The notes under the pieces were generated by a model. The model had not been told where the DNA came from. It did no database searches and saw only the letters and a program-made list of their open reading frames with translations. From Chlorokybus atmophyticus (taxonomy: Eukaryota > Plantae > Mesostigma and Chlorokybus algae): a stretch of DNA of 64,000 nt. Position numbers and translations under genes: made by a program. The stretch lies in the NCBI GenBank assembly GCA_009103225.1, contig RHPI01002262.1, positions 412,317 to 476,316 on the forward strand. The letters run 5' to 3'. This document shows, one piece after another, positions 9,689 through 20,900 of the stretch; within the stretch, counting starts at the first letter, position 1, and every line of letters starts with the position of its first letter.

Positions 9689-11174
9689 CTACTACTCACC
9701 ACACTAGTGCTTGCGTGCGCACTATGTGATGACAGTAATAACAAATGCACAAAACTGTATCCCTAGGTACAGACCGCATCTGATGCAGAATGTGACGCAC
9801 TCACTTAAGCATAGAGGGTGACACTGTGAGTAAACAAGCCACTACGATAGGTAGTGCTGTATACATAGTTCTTTGCATGAGTGGATGATGTGTTACATTG
9901 TTGAGTGAGGTGAATGAACAAGCAACTCAGATATGCTACGTCCTGACTAATGCAGCAAACACACTACTGCCAAGCTCACAGCAATGACAAGCACAGCGCA
10001 CAAGAGCATACACTGTGTCTCACGCAGTACGGCAATTTTTAGCAACTGGTACGGTGTGCTTCCAGTCTAAGTCGCTTCGCAAGCCATTAAAGTCAGAGTC
10101 TTTACCCTTAGTACTCACTCATAGTGTCACCAGTGAGTCTAATGACATGACTTCCTACTTATACATGTAAAATTATGACTGTGCAGTGCCACGCGAGCAC
10201 TAGGCCAACGGTCACATCGAGGCCGTATGCTACTACGCAATCCCCTCAGACTCGATATAGCACAGAGCTAATAACAGGTTCCTAACTAATCAGCTACGCG
10301 CGGTTCCTACAGCGAGGTCGATAGAGTAGCCCTAGCTACATGCTACATGAAGTATGAAGTAGCTAGCAGTAGGCTGGGCCGCGCGCGGTCTTCATGCTGG
10401 TAGCCCGGGCTTGGGGCTGGATGCAGGCATGCTCGAGGAGGACCGGCATGCGAGGGTATTTGGCATGACATCCTCAACGACACAGACGCTTACGGAGTTT
10501 CCCGCGCAAAACAATGAAATAGATGCAAGGAGATGGATAATTACAGCAGTTACAATAGCCGCCACGAGGACGATGGTAAACATACCCAACTAGCATTCTC
10601 AACTAGTAAGCTGGCAATGCAAGTCTTTTCCGCTTCCTTTCGTTACAGCGCCGTAAACTCGTAGCTTTCCCTATACATTGTGGGTAGCTGCTTGAAGTGG
10701 AGATCTTTGGCTTGAACTCTGTTGCAATAACAGTTCTTGAACTTGAAAAATATAAATGTTGTGAGAGTGTGTTTGTATTGTGAGTATAGTGCATGCCGAC
10801 GAAAAGCCTGCAGCTGTCCCACACAGATTGCAACCACCCCGACACCACTACTTTATCAAAAAGCCGACCCTGTTCTTTTCACACCAGTAAATTGTACGGT
10901 ATTGTGCATTACATGCTTGCATTGCTACGGTTAAGGTGTGTGCAAAGAGCATTGAGAGTAAGTTAGCGCGAACCAAGTGATGCTTTCTGTGCTCATTCAT
11001 GGGATTACCGTATTGTGAATGCATACATGTCAGAAACACTCAATGCATGATATGCATTAAGTGTTTCTGACTTGTAAGCTTGCAACTACCAGAAGAACAA
11101 CCGTTGTGCCTTACCTCATCATTGCCTATTATCACACCTCCTCATTATCATAAATAGTAGGAGAGCGAGCTGTG

Positions 11175-11623
11175 TGTTGAAGATATTCCTACATCCAGGC
11201 GAACGGTCAGCTTGCCCTCTGAATAGGAATGGCCGCGAGAAGGCTCTAGGCGAGGACTCAAGTCGAAGGTTCCAGGCGCGTGAGGGTTCCAGGCGCGGAC
11301 TCGAGTCCGGAGTCTGGCGACTTCCAGACCTGCACGAGAATCGTCATAACTCGGTGGTTACTGCACCGATTTGGACGTTCTAGAGCTTAGTAGATAGCCC
11401 TTGAAAGTAGCTACAAGATGCTTCTTAGAACGCAGCATTCAAATGAGTGTAGCAAACGTAGTGGCTTCTAGAGTAGACAGGTGTATTCCTGGCGGGTATA
11501 AAACCCGCGGACATGATGGCAATAGATGGTCTTAATCTTAGTCTTGTTGTTGCAGCCTCTTGGCGTTGCTGTTGAGTGGCGTGCACACATGTGCATGTGT
11601 AGGTTTGTCAACGCATCTCAACA
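11175..11623 (+). mobile_element. Solo LTR (copia-type), 449 bp
   Basis: TGTTGA...TCAACA termini; 5-bp TSD CTGTG (11170-11174 and 11624-11628); TATAAAA at 11497. Confidence 0.92.
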
Positions 11624-12979
11624 CTGTGCTGGGCAAGATTCATTTTCACATATAAGACACAACCAGGTTTTCAACACACGGCAAGCAACATCTCTAATTC
11701 ACAAAGAGCACAAGCTTTGCAATTGCATATATACGGTTATTCACAAGAGTCCAAGCCTGCGTCCTTATCAGGATTTTGAGGCTTGATGTGCCATTGCACC
11801 AAGGAGCGGTGCAATGCAAGGCAACCGCATGCACAACGTTGTTGCTCACACCACGCACACGTGTACACAGCAAGGCTTACCAAACTGGCACAAGACTGCA
11901 TATCCGGGAAGGAGAACACTCGGAGAAGTACACTCTGATTGGGTGACACCAACGTTGCGTCACTCCTCCCAACCAGTAGTCAGGTGTAGTAGAATCATTG
12001 CCAGGCTTAACCTTCCATGTCGGCTCGTAGACACGCATAGATACGGGTCTGCCACGACAGCGAAGAGGTGACCAGTATGCTGGCGTATACCAGCAAGGCC
12101 AGTCGCTAGTTGACAGCCAGACAAACGGGGGCGATGGGATCACCACCGCTGTGCCACCCCAACACGGCTCTGTCACCTCCACCACCTCCTCCACATTTGT
12201 TGTGAGGAGGCCAGCGCTCACGGATGTAGCCTTACTTTTGCTGGGCCATATTGCTGTGTCGCCGCCATTATAGACCAGCTAGCCCACATGTACAAGACTA
12301 AGAGCATCCATCTGTTACGAAATGAGGGGTTTTGCACTAGGCACATCAGCACCAGGCGCTGATGGTTGAGGATCTCTATGGATTTATGCTACAATTGTAA
12401 CACAACCTTGCCCAAGGCACTGCAAACCTTTGGGATGACAGACCGTCATCTTAAAATCCCGAGGAACAAGACATCGAATTCACCATAAAAATTGTATCAA
12501 GCACCAGCTTCCACGACAGCTATCAGCACAACATGAGTTTGCGAGTTTGAGACAGAGCGTACCATGGTCGTGTCATCACTACATTCAGGGGCCATATTGG
12601 GGTCTTGCAGGGGTTGAAATTTTCAACTTGAGAATGCGTTTGGAGGGTCTGAAGGTGTGTGGTGTCTAGAGCGGTGGAGTCATAATAGGGTTTGAAGGGT
12701 CTGCTGGTGGGGTTTGCGACTGCACATCTCATCAAGCAAATCTCACGGCGCCAATTAGAGTGTCACGAAGGTCTGCACGTGGCACTAGACTTCTGCTAGA
12801 GTTATATCTCTTAAGCTTATATGGCTTTAACGATAGGGCTTTCTTGAACATGCACATTTTAGCTGCTGCACTGGTCTTGTAAGACCAGTGCAGAGGTCTT
12901 TTATGAATATATTGTGCCAGTATCAAACTTGTTGGCTTTTCGCAACATATTTTTCTCATCACTTGTCTAAAAGTTATTT

Positions 12980-13262
12980 GTGCCAGATCCGACAAACTGG
13001 TAAAAAGTCTAGCCTTAGCAAGCCAAGCCTGGCACGAAGTCCTCGAAATTAGCACTGTCAATTAAAATTGTGCCATCAACGGCAAACTGGTAGAAGTCAG
13101 GGCTTCATAAGCTAGTATTGGCATGAAAGTTCTCGAAATCAGCACGAGCAATAAGCAGTTTATGCGCATCAATGGCAGACTAGTAGAGTCTAGCCTTGAC
13201 AAGCCAGTCTTGGCACGAAGTTCTCAAAACCAGCACTAACAAGTAGATTATGCCATCAACGG
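12980..13262. repeat. Degenerate tandem repeat, about 90-bp period, 3 units plus start of a 4th
   Basis: TGCCATCAAC-like anchors at 12981, 13071, about 13163 and 13251, each followed by related AAACTGGTA...GCCT...TGGCACGAAG...GAAA..AGCAC blocks. Confidence 0.7.
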
Positions 13263-13530
13263 TTGTAAACTTGCAATGAAAGCACTGGTCTTATGTAGTT
13301 TGTTGCAATATTGGCACAGGTGTTGTCAATGCCGGAGCAGGCTGGGAAGTGTTTGTGCTGATGTTGGCAATAAGACTTTGAGCTATTATTAGTGATGAGT
13401 GGCCTGTTTCAGAGTTGGTACTGAACGCTTTGTGCCCGCAATTTGTAAGAGAATTAAGACTCTTTACTGACACAAGCCGTTTTGTGCAAGGTTTTAGGAA
13501 ATCTCGGTATAGGCCCGAAAGGCAGGTGCT

Positions 13531-13561
13531 AGTATTGGCACAAACAGTTTGTGCCAATACT
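13531..13561. repeat. Perfect palindrome, 15-bp arms, 1-nt centre
   Basis: AGTATTGGCACAAAC-A-GTTTGTGCCAATACT. Confidence 0.95.
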
Positions 13562-14946
13562 GGCACAACCTGCATGCATCATGTGGGTGCGTGGGTCGCA
13601 GCCAATATCCTCAGCAATGCACGCCGCATTGGCAAACTTACATTGCGAAATCACAAAAACAAGATACGAATTTAGGTGCGTTTACCACGCATAGGTTGCA
13701 AGTGGCTGCTGTCATGCTTGCTGACAACAACTCTTGTGTTGTTCAGGTGTAATTAGCATCATGTACACGCACGCGCACACGCGCTGTATGCAAACCCAAA
13801 GTGCGTCAAATGTGTCACCAATTGTCACTTGTTTCCTATTTATTAATATCAATGTCCTTTTTATGCACAATCTGGCATGATGTGCAGTGACATCATAAAC
13901 AACCCCTACTTATCAGATGTTTAAGTACTGCGCAAGCTAACCTTACATTTCTACAAGTTTATGCTCCGATTCCATGATATAAGCAGCATTGCGAAAGAAT
14001 CTGCAACGTCGCAATCCTGTTGCAGTCGATCACTCGCGCAATCTATCGCACACGTCAAGCAGTCCATTTGCGGCATATCTCATATGCCTTATTGATAGCA
14101 TCATACGGATCAACATAAGTTGCCACAAGCCACAATCAGGGGGTGATAATGCATGCCATCGGTTGGGCATAGTGACGGCGCTACGCGGCTATTGCATTTG
14201 TTGTGCTGCGGCTATGTGCTTGCAATTGTTGTAGTAAATTTTATATACCTGCTTGCAGTGCTGCCGTCGCGCTCTAGATTGCCTTGCCTCTGCCTTCAAC
14301 GCCGCCCTCACCCAAGCGCCTCTTGCACAGGTCTGCCTATCCCTTTGCCCCAACCTCTGCGTGTCTACTCGCCTGCTGTCCCCTTGCGTCGTTGCACTAA
14401 GCTGCGGTACATAGCTAGTTGTAAGCCCTTGTCTATTCTATTCGCCCTATGGTGTGCTGCTTGCTCTTTGCTGCCTTGCTTGATGTGCGTGCGCATGTGT
14501 GCAAGTTACTTGCATTGATACGACTAGAAAGCCTATACCTTGTGCCCGTCTTTGTGCTTCAAATGCAAGTTACCGTGTCCCACTGGTTGGCCCATGCTTC
14601 TTATCAGGCAGTTGCTGTATCCTATGCCTTGAGGCATGCTGTATTGTATCACATAAGGAGGAGACTATGATAACCCGCTACTTGGCCACCCCTTCAAAAT
14701 TATCAGCTTCCACCTACCTCCATGCCTGTGTGAGCTTGCCAACAACTGCACACAGCACTTTACCTCAGAACACCTAACAACAGCTTCGAGCACCAGCATG
14801 ACAGCTGTTGCTATGTAGGCGCACATCTTGCATGCAACGCACACCAGTGCTTGTGGCTCAGTGGGCACAAATGTCATTGGATTGCCAATTCCAATGTAAA
14901 TTTGCAATGTACAGAAATAAATGCGTGACAATTTCAGGCCCTGAAC

Positions 14947-17900
14947 TTAGCAGAAATTCAGCAGTGCCGCCAGAGCTGGTTGTCTGGATCGATGGCGCTC
15001 ATCGGACTCGCAATATGTGAAGAGGTTGATGTTGCCATCACCGCCACACGACAACAGACCAAGGGATGTTGGCAAAAGCTGCGTGACAGCAGACTGCGAA
15101 ACAATTACATCAGCATAAGCCATATAGCACATGTTGTATGCAATGCCTGCTCATGTCATTACTTTGCTGATGAGTAAGTATGGGCATAGCACACACGTAT
15201 GTACACGCACGCGCACGCACACATGCACGCACAGATGGCGCACACACATGCACATGCGCGCACCCACGGAATCAGAAACATACATGCAATGTAAGAGAGT
15301 GTTGTCTGCGTGGGTGTGCATACGCGTGTGGGCATAGTATGCATAATATGGTAGCACCCACCTGCATGACGCTGTTGCTACCGCGAGCATTGAGGAATGC
15401 GCGCTTGCGATGGACGCCGTGAAAGCTCTGTCTCAGTTCACACGTACTTGCGTCCCACACGTTCACGTCTCCATCACGGCAGCTGGACACGAACGCCTTC
15501 TGCGTCATGGACCTCAAGTGAGCTGACAGCATGCAAGACACAATGTACTATTCAGACAGTAACAAAATGCTAGCTTAAGTTGCAGCACGCTTATAAAAAC
15601 ATCTCACACTGTGCTTCAAGCTTGCCTGTGATGTCATGCTGGCCGGCAATGCGACGATAGAGGTGACACTGTCGCTGTGAGCCTCGCGATTCTCCCAAAC
15701 CGATTCAGACCGACCGCCTTTGATCAACACCAGCATTGTTATGGAACTGCATAATGCCACACAACTATGCTGAGTCCACTACGAACCACACACCTTTGCG
15801 CAAATCATGGACAGCGAGATGGCCCGAGCGCCCTCCACTAGCCAACATCTGTGCGGTGTCTCCGATGCACGTGACAGCGCGTGCACCACCTAAGCAAAGA
15901 CATACTTGGTGAGGCACTCATTGCGATATTTGAACCACCTGCCTGATACAGACAAGTGAAACTCTCATACCAGCATGGCACTTAAATGATGCCACAATTG
16001 CCGAGCGCGGCGGCATCATTGTGTCCCATACACACAAGTTTTCATCATTAGCGGACAAGCCGGCAGCCACCAGAACGCTCTCACTTGAACCCAACATGCT
16101 GACCGCGTTGCCTGTGCACCAATCAACTTACTGCCTGTGCACGAATATGCCATACAAGCAGATGTCTGTGTCCACCTTGCTGTTGAAAGCAGTGACGCGT
16201 GTCGGCAATGCGCCCGTGTTCGAGGCGCCACAACGCAATCGCGCCGTCACCACGCACAAGGGCGAAGCGATGGCCGCTGGCGCTGAAGTCAAGGCCGCAC
16301 ACGGCTGCTGGAGGACTGAGGGACGTACCCGCCTGTTGCAACAACAGAAATGCAGACGGTTAAAGCAACTGCGAATGTGCGCATACATTTGTGCGTTTGT
16401 GTGCGCGTGCGGGAGCACGTCGGTATGCACGCGCGCGCAAAATCTGCACGCGTATCGGCGTATGCACGGGAATTGATTTTGCATATGCGTGTGCGTAGGC
16501 GTGTGCGCATGTGCACACATGTGCTTGATTGCGTGCATACATGGATGCATGCTCGTGGGCACGTGCAAGACCGATTGTAGCAACAAATGTACCGGTGAGT
16601 ACAGCGCCACCGCAGAGTGTTGCCCAAACTGCCACAAGTGCACGTCGCCCTCGACCGATCCCGACAGGTAAAGTGGGCGTACGGGATGCGACGCAAGCAC
16701 CTGTGTTTCCATGTTATTCACAGGGCATCGCGCGTTGGACCAACAGGCATGAATAGGAGCTCCAACACACTGCATGCCTTGCACGTGACGTCGCCATGCC
16801 GTTCGTTCAACACCACCCACGCAGGAGAACCCGCCAGTGCAGCTCTCTCGGACCATGGATCCGGCGGCCACTACACACACACACACACATCACTCACCCG
16901 GCAGTAACGCATATACAACACACACACCATCACCCCTTACCTGTACTTGACTCCACAATGTTGCTGCGGCCGCCTGCTCCACGATGGCATTGACGGCCTG
17001 GCCAGAGATGTGCACATGGCCGCCCTTTCTGAGGTCGAACTCGAGGATGCCGCGTCGGTTGGTCGCGATGGCGAGCCGGTATGGATCACAGGGGTGCGCG
17101 CACACGCCTTCAAGGAGGTCTTTGCTCAAAGAATGTGCGAGCACGGGTTCATTGAGGACGTGGGTGGTGTTCTCGTGTGACCATGACCGAGGAGATTGCG
17201 CATCTTCACGCTCGTGTATATTGTGTATGCTGCGCGCGGGACTATGCATGTGGCCGTGCGAAGGCGCGTGCAGCACAGACACGTCAATGCCAACAAGTGC
17301 ACGCAGCCGGTCCGCGCGCACAAACTGCTGCCACAGCGGCTGAAACCTTGCGGGTACACGCACGTAGCGTAGCGCAGTCTTGCTGTCGCCTGATGTTGGC
17401 TCGTGCATGGGTGCTGCGCTGCTGCTGGCAGCTGGGTTGGGACTTGGCGCTGGACTGATGTTTTCTGCTGCTGTGATGATGAACAGCGCCAGCGGCAGAC
17501 TCGCATGCACCTGGGACTTGGGCGCATCCGTAGGGCCATCATAACCCATACAAGCTGCTGCTGCCTGGTAAGGTATGAGTTAGTCGGTGACACAGTGGCC
17601 TGGATGTCGCAAATAAACCACGATGAGTGAGGCATGCTGCTGCTGCTGCTGCTGTGGTGATTACCCCTCGTGCTGGTTTATTCACCACCATCGCCACCAC
17701 CACCACCACCAACAACAGCATCATAATAATCATCATCATCAGCAGCAGCACCAGTATGATGACGTTGACATCATAATTGTCATCATCATTGCCATCCACC
17801 CGACCATTTGACCGTCCAAGTTTGTACCTGAAGTATGCGGGACCGCAATTGGCGGGCAAGGCCCGTTTTGAGTTTGAACATGCCTTCCACAACCACCATG

Positions 17901-20900
17901 ATGAGGTCCTCGCGCTCTTTGTCCTCGCCGTCATCAAAGGCACTGCGCTTGAGCAGCTCGACACCCGCCTCGTGCATGAAGTGTGCAACGGCGGTCCCAA
18001 GCAGCAACCACGTGTCGGCCTCATTGAGATCCGTCTCACCCGCGCTCGCAGCATTGGAGGTGATGATGCTCTGCCAGCTGATGATGCCAAATAGCTTGCG
18101 CAGTGTTGTCAATGCGTCCAGCAAGCGCGAAGTATTACCCGCAAGCCAAGCTGCCAACACACGAGTGGCGAATGCAGCGAACTCTTGCTTGCCAGCACCT
18201 CTGCATTGCAAAACGCCCGTTAGTATGCAACATGCACATGCATGCACACCCGGGCGCGCACACATCCACATTGCAAGCACGTAAGAACGCACGCACAGAC
18301 ACAGGCGCGCCTGGACACACACATGCACACGCACACACCTGTCTGCTCTTGCATGCTCCTGCTCATCTGCAAACCGCTCGAGCGCTTGCAAGCTTTCCAA
18401 GGGCATCCCCCCCGCATCATTGATACGTGTCATTGGCGCACCGCCATTTGCCCACAGAAGCGGCACTACCGTAGAAATGACGCCTTCAGCAAGGGCACCA
18501 GGCCGGCACCGACGGCGTGTGTCCTTACACTCGTTGTTGACTTCAGTCTCAGCCACATTCAAAGCTGTGTGTAGCGAGGCAGCTACATCGTCATAACCGA
18601 AAGCCAAACAATCAGCCGTGTAAGGCATTCGCAACTGCCGAGCAGCTTGTACAGCCTGTTGGATCGCACACAACACATGCAATGCTCAGCAAGTTGTGAC
18701 TACATAACAAAATGACAACAACGACACACGCGCACTCACCACTTCCAGCAAGGTGGCCTGGTCACAAGCAAACTTCTCACAAGCATACTCGATGTCTTTG
18801 CGAACGGCTTGCACAACGTCTTGATCAATTCCCGCAAAGAGAGCACGCGTGACACACGCTTGCGCTACGCGATGCCGCATGCCCGACTGGACAGAAGCAG
18901 CAAGCAACTCACTACCATTTGCACCATCGGTGATTGTCGATAGCGCACTGAGGGCCTGAAGATGCATTCCACACGCTTCATAGGCAAACGCCGATCGCGA
19001 AGCCGCCGTTGCAACCAACCCTGCGGCACGCAAAGCTGAAGCTGGGATCGCGAGTACCGACCGTCTTGCAGCCAACATACTGCAATACTCGCCAACCGAA
19101 GGGTCCATCACAGAAGGATTGTGGTTGTTCTCTTCAGGCACGACAGCTTGTAAAGCTTCAATATGGTTGCCGAGCAGCCACATTGCCACGGACTTCATCC
19201 ACATGTCGTTCTGTTCTATAGCTAGGGGCATGATGTGGTCCCGCACGAGTTGCATGTAAACGTGGCCGCCATCGCCTTCGCGCAGCCGGCACACGAGCAG
19301 CGCGAGTGCAGGATCTGGCAGCCCCTTTGCGAGGACGTTCGCGGCGTCTTCGAGGCTGCCGCCAATGAGGAAGAAGGCGGCAGCCAGCTCGTGCCGGTGC
19401 TGACCTAGCAGCACGTACGCGTTCTTCAGGGCTGCAGTCTGATGGCGCGGGTCGGTGAAGTCGCGCGCAAGGAACTCAAACATGCGCTTGTCTTTTTCAT
19501 TCCTGCAAGAGCAAACAACTGTAACAAGCGGTGACAACTGTGACAATGATATTACTGTAGCATCTGAGCAACGCTTAAGCGGATACGGCCTGCAGATTTG
19601 TGGCCGATTCTGAAAATGTTGGTTTGCCACTCAAGACTCATATGACTTTGTATACCTGAATGACCATACATACTGGATTTGACAAACTGGTTGAAAGAAT
19701 TGCAGGACAAAGTTAAAGACAGTCCACATGCATCCTGTTAGCAGCCTCTGTGCCACAAGCTGCTCACTCTTGCTCTAAACCTGCAGCATGCGACATGTTT
19801 GTGTCTGCCACATCCCCCAACATTATCTCCTCAAAGAGACACGCGGTGACTTGCTGGCTCATTCATACCTGCTTGTTTTGAAGAGGCCGATGAGGACGGG
19901 GCGGCGGTCCAGAGCCAAGTATAGCAGGGCGCAGTCATGAGGATCTTTTGACTTGACAAACTGCGCCCGTGCGAGCTTCTCCGCCCACGAGCGAAGCGTG
20001 CCGAGGTTGGACACCCAGAACGGCACGCCCAGCGCGCGGACAGCGGGCCACGTCAGCTGCTCCGGCATGATGGTGTTCAGGAGGGACTCCTGCGTCTCCG
20101 AATGCAGAGCCCAGGCGAACTCCCGAGATGTCAACATCGCATGCCCATCACGCCTGCACAGTAACATGGCAGTGTGTTTGCGTGGGCGCATGGGCGCGTG
20201 CACGTGCGTGAGTGCATTTGTGGATGTGCGCGTGCGCAAACATGGTGTCACACATATGCACACACGCGTGCACGCACATACAAGCACAACATGGTAACAC
20301 CCACACCCACACGCCCACAAACACGCCCATGCACGCGCGCCTGGGTAACTGATATAGTTGCATGTGTGCGTATATTACGCGTGTGCGTGCACCTATGTGT
20401 GTGCGCACGCATGCTTGAGTGTGGCCACGATTTAGTCAGCACTCGCTCACCTATGAATGGCAGCCGACATGCGCAGGGCAGTGCGCAAGTGTAGGGCGCC
20501 CGTATCGAAGGACAGGTTGGCATCACGGCCAGCATCGAGCTCCGCAAGGTTGTCAATCAAAGCCAAGAGCTCCACCCTTTCCGTCGCCAACACGCCCGGA
20601 AGATCAGGCTTGCCGGCAACGAGCTCAGCTAACGACTCAGCTTCTTGTTGGCTCATCGGCTTGGACCCAACATGATCATTGCCGGTATTGTTGCCGCCTT
20701 CCGTCCCACCACTGCGTGCGCTGAAGAGGCCAGTTGCGCCTCCGACGCCACCCAACGTGCTAAACAACTTCACGCGATTGATGGTTTCTGTTGGCGGCTC
20801 TGTAGTGCTGCCAGCATTCTGCACATTACCGGCACTCAGCATACCAGAAGACAGCTCGTCCGAGCTTGCTGCTGACTCTGCTGCCTTCAAGTCCAACACA

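Noticed and set aside
10100-10560. 5' LTR and PBS of element B (TGGTGACAC near 10132; TGTAAC at 10554)
   Set aside because: No matching second terminus, recognised PBS or partner LTR in the window, so the boundary is unresolved.
10430-10560. Myb/trihelix-like fragment IWHDILNDTDAYGVSRAKQ*NRCKEM
   Set aside because: Too short and interrupted; the similarity is only impressionistic.
11877-12221. 114-aa Trp-rich ORF as a real gene
   Set aside because: No recognisable family; an alternative frame looks equally coding but has many stops. At best an unidentifiable relic.
15131-20560. Many overlapping His/Cys/Thr/Val-rich ORFs (e.g. MCVCVCAH...)
   Set aside because: These are translations of (CA/TG)n-rich DMXL introns or antisense frames.
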